A stretch of DNA of 64,000 nucleotides, taken from positions 1,214 to 65,213 of the forward strand of contig DGWW01000147.1 of NCBI GenBank assembly GCA_002395385.1. The letters run 5' to 3'. Position 1 is the first letter of the stretch; every line of letters begins with the position of its first letter. Of this stretch, positions 27,703 through 40,125 are shown in pieces. The notes below the pieces were generated by a model. That model saw only the letters and a program-made list of their open reading frames with translations. It was not told where the DNA came from and ran no database searches. A program made the position numbers and the translations under genes. This DNA is from Myxococcales bacterium UBA4248 (GTDB lineage Bacteria; Myxococcota_A; Bradymonadia; UBA4248).

Positions 27703-29517
27703 ATGCAGTTAAAGAATAAGTTTTTGGCAGTGGGTTGTATGGCAATTGCAACGATGGCGCTTGTGATTGGCAGTGCATGTAATGAGCATGAGATTGAGCC
27801 TTTTTCAAAATCTCTGAGCTCTGGTAAAAAACAAAGCACGAGCTCCGGTTCTGCCCGAAAGGTCGATATTCTATTCGTGGTTGACGATTCCAGTTCGATG
27901 CGTGAAGAGCAGAAGAGTCTCGACACAAACTTCGGACTTTTCCTTGAGAGGTTGGACGAAGCAGGTGCCGACTATCGTCTGGCCACAGTTTCGACCAGCT
28001 GGAACGGCACCGCAACCATGCCTTTCGTCACCAAAGCCCTCGACACTGGTAAAGACGTTTTGATGACTCCTTCAGCCGATCCCAATGCAGAAGTCATCAC
28101 CGAAGAGATGGTCAATCAAATCAAAAGTGATTGTGCGACCTATTTCAGCGGCGGCGGTAAGAATAAATCCCAAAAACCCAAGAACTGGATTGATTCGTCC
28201 GACTTTGATTCAGTCGATGATATCAAGAATATGTTCCGCTGCGAAGCCATTCTGGGTATTAATGGTAAAGCAACAGAAAAAGGCCTCGCGACGATGAGAA
28301 GTGCACTCGCCGGTGCACGTAATGTCGACAATGTCACGGACGAACTTACAAACTTTAAACGTCCCGGCTCGATTTTGACGATCGTGTTCGTCACCGACGA
28401 AAACGACTGCAGTGCCCTCCCCGGCGCCAACCTCGAACTCGATCTCTGCGAAAGCGATCGCAACATCACGGATAGTTGCGCCATGACCCGTGAAGACCGC
28501 GTCCGCGCAGATACCTCTACCCCCAACGTAACCAGAAGCGAATTGGTCCTGTCCGAAGGCCAGGTGCTTAGCTATAATGGTCAACAAAAGACACTGCGTG
28601 AATGGTGTGTCCAGGGCGACGAAGAAGCTTCCCAAGCCCTGCACGACTGCCTCGAAAAAGGCGAAGAATGCAGCGCAGCCCCTTACATTCTTTGCCCGCC
28701 AATTGAAGGCGATCCAGACGGCAAAACGAATTGCAAAGATAGACTCGAACCTCGAAAATCATTCTATGATTTCCTCATCGATTACGTCTCGACCAGCAAT
28801 GCTACTTATTACTATTCAGAGAATACCAATTCCTTCGCCTCACTGACAACCGGCCAGGAACACAAAGATCTCCTTACCTCAATGGCAAAATCCGATATCA
28901 TTATTGCCTCCATCATCAATCGTGACCAGGGCGTCCGATATAATGCGAAATTGGCTGAAAACTGGTGCGGTATCGGTACACAGGGCTATCGTTACCAGCT
29001 CTTCGCTGAAATGTTTGACAATGAACCCATCTACGCACCTATCTGCTGCAAAAATGAAGAATTCTCTGCAGAAAAGAAAGGTGATGTCTGCGATGCAAAA
29101 GCCAAAATCGGCGAAAACGGCGAATTCGGTCCCGTGCTCTCTGCTATCGGTAAACGAATCGGTGAAGCTGTCAATACCTTGTGTGCTGATGCCATCCCCG
29201 TTACCTGCGAACCCAGCCAATGCAAAGATAACTCCAAATCCTGCCCATGCCTCTATGGATGCAGCGAAAAAGGCTATTTCGCAAATACCGCCAACGAATA
29301 CCATCTCTGCAATGAATTCCAGTTCCTCGTCGGGACGGTTGACAAAGACGGTAACAATTACACAGCGTATCAGGAAGGTACCGAATATACCATCAACTAC
29401 GAATCGGCTTACTGTAAAACACGTACCGGTGCTCCCATTCAGATTAACATGATTAAAACCGAACCCGGCAAAGACCTCGTTTTCGAATATCCGAAACAAA
29501 CAACCGGTGGTAATTAA
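27703..29517 (+). CDS. lipoprotein with an N-terminal vWA-like (MIDAS) domain and a Cys-rich C-terminal region
   Basis: Lipobox VIGSAC. MIDAS motif DILFVVDDSSSM. More than 25 Cys in the C-terminal half. GAGGGAG RBS. Confidence 0.8.
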   Translation: MQLKNKFLAVGCMAIATMALVIGSACNEHEIEPFSKSLSSGKKQSTSSGSARKVDILFVVDDSSSMREEQKSLDTNFGLFLERLDEAGADYRLATVSTSWNGTATMPFVTKALDTGKDVLMTPSADPNAEVITEEMVNQIKSDCATYFSGGGKNKSQKPKNWIDSSDFDSVDDIKNMFRCEAILGINGKATEKGLATMRSALAGARNVDNVTDELTNFKRPGSILTIVFVTDENDCSALPGANLELDLCESDRNITDSCAMTREDRVRADTSTPNVTRSELVLSEGQVLSYNGQQKTLREWCVQGDEEASQALHDCLEKGEECSAAPYILCPPIEGDPDGKTNCKDRLEPRKSFYDFLIDYVSTSNATYYYSENTNSFASLTTGQEHKDLLTSMAKSDIIIASIINRDQGVRYNAKLAENWCGIGTQGYRYQLFAEMFDNEPIYAPICCKNEEFSAEKKGDVCDAKAKIGENGEFGPVLSAIGKRIGEAVNTLCADAIPVTCEPSQCKDNSKSCPCLYGCSEKGYFANTANEYHLCNEFQFLVGTVDKDGNNYTAYQEGTEYTINYESAYCKTRTGAPIQINMIKTEPGKDLVFEYPKQTTGGN

Positions 29518-29534
29518 TCTTTCACTCGCATGAA

Positions 29535-29568
29535 AAGCCGCACTTTTTAAGTGCGGCTTTTTTTTTTC
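29535..29568 (+). terminator. Rho-independent terminator
   Basis: AAGCCGCAC-TTTTTAA-GTGCGGCTT followed by T10. Confidence 0.75.
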
Positions 29569-29615
29569 AAAAAAAATCTTGCATCTGATCTCGAAAATAC
29601 TTAATAACACCTCTC

Positions 29616-29702
29616 GGAGGTGTGGCTGAGTGGTCGATAGCGGCGGTCTTGAAAACCGTTGAACCTTTACGGGTTCCGGGGGTTCGAATCCCTCTGCCTC
29701 CG
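29616..29702 (+). tRNA. tRNA-Ser (anticodon UGA), with a long variable arm
   Basis: Acceptor GGAGGTG/TGCCTCC. Anticodon stem GCGGT/ACCGT with loop CTTGAAA. Variable arm GAACC-TTTAC-GGTTC. T-loop GTTCGAATC. 87 nt. Confidence 0.9.
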
Positions 29703-29711
29703 CTCAAAAAA

Positions 29712-29740
29712 CCGGCATGTCAAATGTCGGTTTTTTTTTG
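29712..29740 (+). terminator. Rho-independent terminator after tRNA-Ser
   Basis: CCGGCAT-GTCAA-ATGTCGG followed by T9. Confidence 0.65.
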
Positions 29741-29835
29741 CCCTGCTCATTTCCTGCAAAAAGATGAGGCGGATACAGTCGCATCGTGAATTCCTCTCAT
29801 CTGACATACGATGCTTCATCAGGCGGGTAATTCTC

Positions 29836-30705
29836 ATGGATAGTATTAATCACGCTTTTAGTGCCTCTAAAGAACTGCGCCGCATGGCCTTCGAACAATC
29901 GTTGCGGCTCACGGGAAAACAACGTTTTGATTGCGTTGTTGCAATGCTTGCTGCGCCCTATAAAGATATCCGTGAAGCCATTCTCGATAGCTGCAGTGAG
30001 CAGGATATTCGCAGCTGGAAACCAAATTTAATCGAATTCCTGAAATCCTTTGTGCCTCAGGAACACACGCTTCAGACGCAGGGAATTCTCGTCCTCATGC
30101 AGCGACTCGATGAAGATTTCCCAACAGAATTTATCGAGTTTTACCAAAAATGCCTCAAAATACAGGATCCGGATATCCAATATCAGGCTTTTTGCCTGGC
30201 TGAACTTCGGGAAGAATCAACCCCGGATTACCTCAATGATGTCCGTAGCTTTCTTCATTCCGACGACGTTGATTTCAGAATTGTTGCAATTCAGGCTCTG
30301 ACGCGTCTCAAACCGGATTTTGCTTTTGCTGAAATCGAAAAACGGTCCCAATCTGCCAACAGCCTTGAGGCTTTTCATATCCTGTTGGCACTCATCCGCT
30401 TGGGCAATTGTGAACAAAGAACCACACATGTGGTTAAATTGTCGCAATATTTAGAAGATGAACGCTACTGTTTTGCCGCGGCACAGTGCATTTTTGATTA
30501 CGGCATACAGGACAATATTCCTGCACTTTTGCAAGTTGCAAAGAGCTTTTTTGCAGAACCTACCAATCGCGTCATTGCTGCGGCTGCCGCAGCAAAGCTC
30601 GGTTCCGATGAGGGGAAATCACTTTTGCAAAAATTTTCTCAATCTCGGCACGGCAATCCCAATTACGCACGTGAGCTGCTTGAGAAACTCAATCAGCTCA
30701 GTTAG
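29836..30705 (+). CDS. HEAT/ARM-like repeat protein. The listed ORF start at 29659 overlaps the tRNA and is rejected
   Basis: Start MDSINHAF at 29836. Repetitive helical Leu-rich content. Confidence 0.55.
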   Translation: MDSINHAFSASKELRRMAFEQSLRLTGKQRFDCVVAMLAAPYKDIREAILDSCSEQDIRSWKPNLIEFLKSFVPQEHTLQTQGILVLMQRLDEDFPTEFIEFYQKCLKIQDPDIQYQAFCLAELREESTPDYLNDVRSFLHSDDVDFRIVAIQALTRLKPDFAFAEIEKRSQSANSLEAFHILLALIRLGNCEQRTTHVVKLSQYLEDERYCFAAAQCIFDYGIQDNIPALLQVAKSFFAEPTNRVIAAAAAAKLGSDEGKSLLQKFSQSRHGNPNYARELLEKLNQLS

Positions 30706-30801
30706 ATGATTTGCGACTTCATCGGAAATCATGTATGTTATTATAGTAATTGTCTCTTCTTTGAGTATTCGTTTACTCGACAGCCAATGGAGGAAATTCA
30801 T

Positions 30802-31791
30802 ATGAGAAAGAGCTTAGTTACCATTCTTGCCATTGTTTTCGCCACGACATGCGGCTCTTCTGTTCTGCTGACTTCAAACATCGCCAATGCGGCTCCGCCC
30901 AGCAAGGAAAAAGCAGCCAAGTCCGATGCAAAACCAAGCCTCAACAGTGTGCTTGGCTCTTTAAAATGGGGTATGTCCGCCGATAAAGCCAAATCCATCA
31001 TTGCCGACAAGATTATGGGCGATTTCCGTTCAAAATCCGAAGGAAACTCCGACCTTTCCTACGTCGACAAACTCCGCAGACAGCATACGGATCGCGTCGA
31101 AAACATGCAGAAATCACTCATCAATCTGACCCGTGACAACTCTGCAAGCATGGGCGTTTCCATCATCGGCGAAGAATTTATGCCCGATGCCGGTGAATCA
31201 GTCCTCACTTCACGTGAAGATAATGCAACAAAATATTATTTCTTCAAGAACGATAAACTCTACAAAGTCGCCGTTGTCTATGATTCCGCCTATCTCGGCC
31301 CGGTCGCATTCGACACCTTCTGTGCCACTACCGAAAAGAAATACGGCAAAGCCAATAATGAAGTCTGGGACGACGACGGCAACTTCCTGGCCTCCGTATG
31401 GACCGAAGGCGATACCAAACTGACTGTCAAAAATAAATATGCGGCCTTTAATACCGTTCTGATGGTCTTTGCAAAAGACTCTGTCGAAAAAGAACTGGCA
31501 GCAAAACACAAGGAATATGCGGCTTCTCTCAACCAAGGCCCCGAAGTCAGCTCCGCAATCGATGCTCTGACGGCAGACAGCGGCGGTGGCGAGACGAGCA
31601 GTGTCGATGCCATGCTCGGTAAAACCACAAAAGTTGACCTTCTGGCCGGCCTTTCTCAGGAAGATATCGACATCATCAACGGTGTAACCACCGAGAAAGA
31701 AATCGAAAAGAAGAAAAAAGCAAAAGCCAAGAAAGCTGCCAAAGATCACAAGAAAGACGCCAAAGCCAAAGCTGGTCTGGAAATCTTCTAA
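30802..31791 (+). CDS. secreted hypothetical protein with a Lys-rich C-terminus
   Basis: GGAGG RBS before ATG at 30802. Signal peptide MRKSLVTILAIVFATTCGSSVLLTSNIANA. Confidence 0.7.
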   Translation: MRKSLVTILAIVFATTCGSSVLLTSNIANAAPPSKEKAAKSDAKPSLNSVLGSLKWGMSADKAKSIIADKIMGDFRSKSEGNSDLSYVDKLRRQHTDRVENMQKSLINLTRDNSASMGVSIIGEEFMPDAGESVLTSREDNATKYYFFKNDKLYKVAVVYDSAYLGPVAFDTFCATTEKKYGKANNEVWDDDGNFLASVWTEGDTKLTVKNKYAAFNTVLMVFAKDSVEKELAAKHKEYAASLNQGPEVSSAIDALTADSGGGETSSVDAMLGKTTKVDLLAGLSQEDIDIINGVTTEKEIEKKKKAKAKKAAKDHKKDAKAKAGLEIF

Positions 31792-31826
31792 TTCCCATCT
31801 GGCTTACACCAACAGCGAACAAGATA

Positions 31827-31851
31827 CCGGCCATTCAGGCCGGTTTTTTTG
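31827..31851 (+). terminator. Rho-independent terminator
   Basis: CCGGCC-ATTCA-GGCCGG followed by T7. Confidence 0.75.
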
Positions 31852-31867
31852 TATGCACATCCCCCAA

Positions 31868-31985
31868 AAAATGCGCGTCGTATGGCATCGGCAAACGCCG
31901 TCTGCCGATGCCATAGACGCGCAGCCGCAATGCGTATGCCACATGCAAATTGATACAATTTGCACGTGGCATAGCTGCGGCCCGT
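31868..31985. repeat. two adjacent REP-like palindromes
   Basis: GCGCGTCGTATGGCATCGGCA-N8-TGCCGATGCCATAGACGCGC is perfect. The second is GCGTATGCCACATGCAAATTG-ATA-CAATTTGCACGTGGCATAGC. Confidence 0.7.
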
Positions 31986-31989
31986 AAAA

Positions 31990-34212
31990 TCACCCACCAA
32001 GTGCACAATTCAATCGATAGGCAAGCCGCGTATAACGCATCGCAGGCCGATCATTCTCAATCGCCATTTTGAGTGTGTAAGAATCCGTAATAAAGACGGC
32101 CGTTTTCCGTGCACGGGTCAGCGCCGTATAAATGAGGTTACGCTGCAGCATAAAGCTCTGACTGCGCAAAAAACAACAAATGACCGCAGGATATTCGCTT
32201 CCCTGCGATTTATGAACCGTGCAGGCATAGGCGAGTGCCAGATTCTCGAGATTCTTTTTCGTATATTCGACCAAGCGTCCGTCGAAATCGACGATAGCCT
32301 TGCCGGATGATTCGGCGACGATTTTTCCGATATCGCCGTTAAAAACGTCATGTTCATAATCGTTTTTAAGCTGCATGACGCGATCACCAATGCGAAAACC
32401 GGCATACGAAAATGCGATGGGATTGCCGGACGGATTGAGCTTATCCTGTAAAATCTGATTGAGATGCTCGACACCGCCTGCGTTCTGTCGCATTGGGCAC
32501 AGTACCTGAATCTCATTCATCGGATCGAGCCCATACCGTTGAGGAAGCTTTTCACAAACGAGCTGCTCAATGAGATGTTCGGCATGCTCTGGCGTTGCGG
32601 CATTAAAAAGGTAAAACTCGCATCCCGGAGAAGCCATTTCTTCACGACTCGGAACAATGGGGTAAGCTCCCTCGTTAATGCGATGCGCATTCTTGACGAT
32701 CAGACTCTGCTCGGCCTGCCGGAAAACCGTCTTTAACCGAATAACCGGCAAACAGTTCGATGAAATCAAGTCTTTAAGTACAGTTCCCGTCCCGACACTC
32801 GGTAGCTGATCGACATCCCCGACGAGAATGATCCGCGCATCGTTGGGCAGAGCAACGAGCAGAGACCGCATCAGTGTCAAATCGATCATCGAGGATTCAT
32901 CGACAATATAAATCCCGGCCGGAAGCGGATTATCTTCATTTCGCGTAAATGCCCCGCGCGAATCTGTGACGTATGCATATTCGAGCAGACGGTGAATTGT
33001 CTTGGCCTCGATGCCCGTCGTCTCATTCAGCCGTTTGGAGGCACGCCCCGTCGGAGCTGCCAAAAAAACGGGAATATCCTGTTCCTGGGCGGCAGCAACA
33101 AAAACTTTGACAAGCGTCGTCTTGCCGGTGCCTGGTCCGCCCGTAATGACCATGAATTTTTCGTAAAGCCCCGTCAAAACTGCCTCTCGCTGCTGAGGGG
33201 CCAACTCAATCCCGAGCCGCGTTTCAATGCGTCGCACGGCCGCCATATCATCTTCATTCGGCTTGCCGTGGGAAGAGGCTTTCACCATGCGTGCAATTTC
33301 ATTGGCCACCGAATGCTCCAGATTCCACATAAACGCACGATAGACGAGCGTCTCACCGGTTTCATCCCGGTCCGTCCGAATCGAACGCCGTTCGATGAGC
33401 GCATCGATATGCTCCTCGATCCGGGCCGGATCGACCTGCAGAAGACGAGCTGCCGTCTCGATCAGCACCTGACGCGGCAAATAACAATGGCCATCCGTAT
33501 TCTCCGCCTCATACAACGCATAATCGATCCCCGCTTCGATGCGCATCGGATTATCCGGCGCAATTCCCATCTGAGCAGCAATCTGATCGGCACGTTTAAA
33601 CCCAATCCCAGTCACCTCTTTCGATAAAAGATAAGGCTGCTGATTCAAAATCGGAATAATCTTTTTGCCATAAAGGCCAATCAGTTTCGAAGACAGTTCA
33701 AAGGACAGACCATGCCCCTGCAGATAAACAAACAGCTGACGATTGCCTTGTTTTTCCGACCATTCTTCCAGGATCAAATCGAGTTTCTTACGCGAAATCC
33801 CCTTCACTTCCAGCAGTTTTTCGGGATCATGATCCAACACATTGACCGTATTCTCGCCAAATTTCTGGATGATCCGTTCTGCCATGCGCAGCCCGATCCC
33901 CGTGAGCTGGGATGACAAAAAACGCGCCAGCCCCACACTCGAAGTCGGCATCGCAATCTCGCACGACTCGACCTTGAGCTGAACACCATATTTCGAATCC
34001 ACCCAAGTCCCTTTGACGCGGATTTCATCGTCTACCTTGAACGCAGCGAGCGTCCCTACGAGCGTAAACGGATGATTTCTGCGCGTCACGGCATCGAGAA
34101 TTGCATAGGAATTCTCGGGATTGACGTAACGCACACGCGTGATCCGAGCCGTCGTCTGGACGGTTTCACCCACTTTTTTTTCAAAAGACGGAAGCTGAAT
34201 CTGAGATGACAT
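31990..34212 (-). CDS. recD2: ATP-dependent RecD-like DNA helicase (RecD2)
   Basis: N-terminal HhH/OB region. SF1 motifs GGPGTGKTT, AAPTGRASKRL, DESSMID. C-terminal helicase motifs. Confidence 0.85.
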   Translation of the reverse strand: MSSQIQLPSFEKKVGETVQTTARITRVRYVNPENSYAILDAVTRRNHPFTLVGTLAAFKVDDEIRVKGTWVDSKYGVQLKVESCEIAMPTSSVGLARFLSSQLTGIGLRMAERIIQKFGENTVNVLDHDPEKLLEVKGISRKKLDLILEEWSEKQGNRQLFVYLQGHGLSFELSSKLIGLYGKKIIPILNQQPYLLSKEVTGIGFKRADQIAAQMGIAPDNPMRIEAGIDYALYEAENTDGHCYLPRQVLIETAARLLQVDPARIEEHIDALIERRSIRTDRDETGETLVYRAFMWNLEHSVANEIARMVKASSHGKPNEDDMAAVRRIETRLGIELAPQQREAVLTGLYEKFMVITGGPGTGKTTLVKVFVAAAQEQDIPVFLAAPTGRASKRLNETTGIEAKTIHRLLEYAYVTDSRGAFTRNEDNPLPAGIYIVDESSMIDLTLMRSLLVALPNDARIILVGDVDQLPSVGTGTVLKDLISSNCLPVIRLKTVFRQAEQSLIVKNAHRINEGAYPIVPSREEMASPGCEFYLFNAATPEHAEHLIEQLVCEKLPQRYGLDPMNEIQVLCPMRQNAGGVEHLNQILQDKLNPSGNPIAFSYAGFRIGDRVMQLKNDYEHDVFNGDIGKIVAESSGKAIVDFDGRLVEYTKKNLENLALAYACTVHKSQGSEYPAVICCFLRSQSFMLQRNLIYTALTRARKTAVFITDSYTLKMAIENDRPAMRYTRLAYRLNCALGG

Positions 34213-34437
34213 CTGTAAACAACAGGTTGGAGTGATGTTTAAACGTAATTAGGAATTCTAAAGGTATTATCTAATGTATCGAGTTGCTTTAGCTCTGAGA
34301 ATCATTGAACGATTTGTTCTTCAAATCTGCTCACATTATATATTGGCAAAAAATCAAAAAAACGGCCGATTTTTTTTATTCAATATCATTTTTTTTTGGC
34401 TGAATTCATCGTTAGCCAAAACATAGCCTTTTTTGTG

Positions 34438-34520
34438 ATGTATGATCAATCGCGCCCGCTATCGCCTGACGGCGATACGCCCGGCGCGCAGCGGCTATTG
34501 CATACGCCGCTGCCTGCTTA
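34438..34520. repeat. REP-like palindromes
   Basis: GCTATCGCC-TGAC-GGCGATACGC, and GCAGCGGCTATTGC-ATACGCCGCTGC. Confidence 0.6.
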
Positions 34521-34530
34521 TGGTTTTACC

Positions 34531-35088
34531 TTACGGACGGCAAAGGTTGCATCCATCGTGTACGCGGCCATCCTTGAGCTCATCCTGCGTAGCCTTGCGA
34601 ATGGAAAGTACTTCGACATCAAAGTGAAGTGTCTGACCGGCAAGAGGATGATTCGAATCGACGTAGACATTTTCTTCATCGATAGAAACGATCCAAAGGG
34701 GAAAAGGCTTTCCATCCTCCGATTTGGCAGTCATGCCCGCCCCCACGCGAAACATCGTCCCCTCAGGAAATATCGACTTGGGTACTCTCTGAGGCTCTCC
34801 CTCACGCTCGCCATAGGCATCCTCAGGAGCGACGTCTACATGGAACTGCTTGCCAATCGTCATGCCATCGAGCGCCTTCTCAAGCCCACGAAGTATCGTA
34901 TTATGACCATGCAAATACCGCATGGGATTATCCCGTGTAGCAAGATCGAGAACTTCACCCGCATCATTACTCATGACAAAAATGACCGAGGGCACTGTAT
35001 CCTTTGCAACGACATCTGTTTTCAATGATTCCGGCGTTTCTTCTATCATGGTATCAACTCTCATTTGATTTTGCTTAAAACTCCACAA
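34531..35088 (-). CDS. slyD: FKBP-type peptidyl-prolyl cis-trans isomerase (SlyD-like). The true start is uncertain
   Basis: ...YLHGHNTILRGLEKALDGMTIGKQFHVDV...LAGQTLHFDVEVLSIRKAT... None of the candidate starts has a strong RBS. Confidence 0.75.
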   Translation of the reverse strand: MWSFKQNQMRVDTMIEETPESLKTDVVAKDTVPSVIFVMSNDAGEVLDLATRDNPMRYLHGHNTILRGLEKALDGMTIGKQFHVDVAPEDAYGEREGEPQRVPKSIFPEGTMFRVGAGMTAKSEDGKPFPLWIVSIDEENVYVDSNHPLAGQTLHFDVEVLSIRKATQDELKDGRVHDGCNLCRP

Positions 35089-35242
35089 CGGAGCGTGGAA
35101 CTTCTAATCCCTGAACCACAAAATTCAAGCGTTTTATGCCTATTAAAATATAAATCCCATCCACAAATCTTGAAGAATCGTGTTTCAGGGTGTAAACTAA
35201 AAGGGGAAATATTATGAATTATTCCCCCTTTTGGAGGTTATC

Positions 35243-37312
35243 ATGAAAAAAATGAATCCATACCTAAGATTATTTCTTACCTCGATAATGGCATGCTCGT
35301 TGGCAGCATGCAGTGATGACGCCGGTGAAAAGAATCATGAAGATCCACCAGCCGAGAACCCGGACGATCCCGGCGGGAATCCCGACGAACATGGTGGCAA
35401 ACAAGACGAACCAGGCAAAAACGATCCCATCGTGGAGCCCGAAAAGCCCGAACAGGGATGGGAAGGACTACTGCTCCCGGCAGGCCCAACCGAAATTGAA
35501 ATTCCCAATTCCGGGTTTTCAAAAATTAGTGCACAGCTCATTTCAACCAAAGAAGGTAATTACGGACTTGGTTTTGTCGGCGAAAAAATAGAATGGGGCG
35601 TCGAAACCGGAGCCGAATCGGTTTCTCTTTCAGCCAAAAAATCGAGCACTTCAGACAATGGTGTCGCCAACATCACGGTCAATGCAACCGATGTTTCGGG
35701 GGATGCGGTTGTGGTGGCCAAAAGCAATATTGCGCCCCAGTTAGTCAGATACAAAATTCATGTGCTCGACAAGCCGACCAGCAATCTCAATGTCAAAACC
35801 GAATACTCAGGAAATGCCCCTGTCCAGAATTATTCCATAAAAATCTACGATGGTTCGGAAGTTCAGTGCGCCCGCATCGATCTCGAATCCGGTGAGATTA
35901 TCAATTCGAAAACAGAAACGCCTGCAGAACCGCTGCTTCCTGCTGTCGATTCTTCAACCGCGCTCTTCGAGAATCTCTCGCTGGAACAGGATTATACCCT
36001 CATCGCTTATGGTTTCTCGCCAGATGGTGCTCGCGTAGCCGCCGGATGCCTCGATTCGGGGATCAATCTCATTGCCAGTCAAACCGTCGATGCTACAATT
36101 CATCTCAATGCGATTGACCTCGATCCCGTGACCACCTACCACGTCCGCAGCTATTTCGACCTCGGCGATGTCGCTTCTGCCCTGGGCAGTGTCGGCAAAT
36201 TCATCGTAACGGTCACTGATTTCGCAAACAATCCTGGCCAATCCCTCTATTCCGCCATCATGGACCTCATTACAGCATCTGTCGGTGGGGCCATCAGTAA
36301 GATTGCCGATGTTGTTCTTTCTGCCACATTTAAGAACGATTTAATCAATAAAATAAATGAATTGGCCAGAGAAAACGATACGGTCAACAAAGTCGGCCTC
36401 TTTGCCTGCCAGTTCAGAAATATCGTCCGCACCATGGAATTCATGGGCGAGCTTGGCGTCGAAAAAGTTGGAGCCGTCGAGCTCAAAGGCACCGATCAAT
36501 ACGATGGTGTAGCCGCCTATTGGCGACTCGATTGCGCAGACAGTAGCGACCCCAATTGCGGACGAATCCCATTGTCCTCGAAACAGCTCGGGCTCGACGA
36601 TACACTCTATTTCCTCGAAGGTACATGGAACGGCTCTATCGCGAATGGCTACGATAAACTCGCCATCGAAGCCCATGAGATGAACCTCTATTACGGCAAA
36701 ATTATCGTTTACCTCATTAACAATTACCTGCTGCCCAAACTCGCCGATGGTGCAACCAGCTTCGATCAGGCACTTATCAATTGGGTGAACTGCAATTCTG
36801 TTGGCAACTGGCTTTCGAATACACTTTCGAGATGCTATGGTGTATCAGTTGCAGGTTCCTGTGTTGGTTTTGAATGGAATGTTGGCAAATCCCAAGCTGC
36901 TGGCTGGTGTGAAACTGCCATTGGTGGACTCGGATCTATCCTCAATTTCGTAGCAGCCTACGAGGAACTCCAAAAAACCGGCTCCGATATCAACATCAGC
37001 GGTACCGCAATGTTTAAAGATACCAATGCCGATAATGTCGTCGATATTATTCATGATGGCGAATGGTCTGGCTATATGACCGTCACAACATCCTCCACAG
37101 ACAGTGATGGCAAAACGACCAAAAACTCCACTTCGACCGGTATCAAAGGTATTTGGAGCGCGTACAACATGAAAAATGTCGATACCGGCAACGGCATGTA
37201 TTGCACTTATCCCAAAACAGAAACCGATTCGAGTGACCAGCAATGCCATTATCCCGAAATTGACTTCCAAAAACTCGCCGGTGATGGCCTGTGCAGTGAG
37301 TATAAAAAATAA
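35243..37312 (+). CDS. large lipoprotein of unknown function
   Basis: GGAGG RBS. Signal and lipobox MKKMNPYLRLFLTSIMACSLAACS. Cys-containing extracellular domain. Confidence 0.8.
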   Translation: MKKMNPYLRLFLTSIMACSLAACSDDAGEKNHEDPPAENPDDPGGNPDEHGGKQDEPGKNDPIVEPEKPEQGWEGLLLPAGPTEIEIPNSGFSKISAQLISTKEGNYGLGFVGEKIEWGVETGAESVSLSAKKSSTSDNGVANITVNATDVSGDAVVVAKSNIAPQLVRYKIHVLDKPTSNLNVKTEYSGNAPVQNYSIKIYDGSEVQCARIDLESGEIINSKTETPAEPLLPAVDSSTALFENLSLEQDYTLIAYGFSPDGARVAAGCLDSGINLIASQTVDATIHLNAIDLDPVTTYHVRSYFDLGDVASALGSVGKFIVTVTDFANNPGQSLYSAIMDLITASVGGAISKIADVVLSATFKNDLINKINELARENDTVNKVGLFACQFRNIVRTMEFMGELGVEKVGAVELKGTDQYDGVAAYWRLDCADSSDPNCGRIPLSSKQLGLDDTLYFLEGTWNGSIANGYDKLAIEAHEMNLYYGKIIVYLINNYLLPKLADGATSFDQALINWVNCNSVGNWLSNTLSRCYGVSVAGSCVGFEWNVGKSQAAGWCETAIGGLGSILNFVAAYEELQKTGSDINISGTAMFKDTNADNVVDIIHDGEWSGYMTVTTSSTDSDGKTTKNSTSTGIKGIWSAYNMKNVDTGNGMYCTYPKTETDSSDQQCHYPEIDFQKLAGDGLCSEYKK

Positions 37313-37511
37313 TTAGCAATAAGCTGTGTGCAATGAGCAATTCAATGACATACACCAATCTATTCCTAAAGAACAGAGTAACAAACACTACCTTAGGCGT
37401 TTATTTGGGTATTGCCATTTCAATTTCAAATTGCTAATTGCACATTGCTAATTCTGAATTACGAGCGCTAATTGAAATAACCACCTGACACTCGGACAGC
37501 TAATTCATTCC

Positions 37512-39640
<2,129 letters not shown>

Positions 39641-39644
<4 letters not shown>

Positions 39645-39970
39645 GTAAAGTTGTTAAAAACACCGGTTTGAATCAGATTCTCTCCCAGGCTCAGAAACTT
39701 CAGGGCCGTCTTGGTCGTCTTGAAGAAGACATGAAAGCCAAAGTCGTGGAAGCCTCCGCTGGCGACGGCAAAGTCACCGCCGTAGTCAATGGCAATCGTG
39801 AACTCATTGCCCTCAATATCGCCCCCGAACTTCTCAATGGCGAAAATCCAGAGCTCCTCGAAAACCTGATCATCAGCGCAGTCAATACAGCTCTCAACAA
39901 TGTCCGTGAAATGGTCAATTACGAAATGAACCGCGCCACAGGCGGCTTCTCCATCCCCGGTTTGATGTAA
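39641..39970 (+). CDS. ybaB: nucleoid-associated protein YbaB/EbfC
   Basis: Its ATG overlaps the dnaX stop (ATGA). Typical YbaB sequence ...VTAVVNGNRELIALNIAPELL.... Confidence 0.9.
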
Positions 39971-40125
39971 TGAACGCAGAATGCGGAATTGAGTGCCATA
40001 AAGTTCAAGAATAATCCTGAAGGTAAAATGAATATCTGATTTAGGATAGTACTTGAGCACACATGGTTAATTACGCATAACTGTTCAGCCCCTATGTTTA
40101 TTTTCCTCGAAAGCTCAAATCATTC

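Noticed and set aside
28879-29610. 243-aa minus ORF antisense to the vWA lipoprotein gene. The same goes for antisense ORFs inside dnaX (37647..38330, 38690..39301), yidC (42160..42825), the peptidase (53193..53780), the kinase (55099..55599) and the phosphatase (61346.., 62204..62884)
   Set aside because: All overlap strongly supported genes on the opposite strand and have no independent support.
37313-37511. Possible SRP (ffs) RNA upstream of dnaX, as in Bacillus
   Set aside because: No domain-IV GGAAGG/AGCAGCC-type motifs. The region holds only AT-rich promoter-like repeats.
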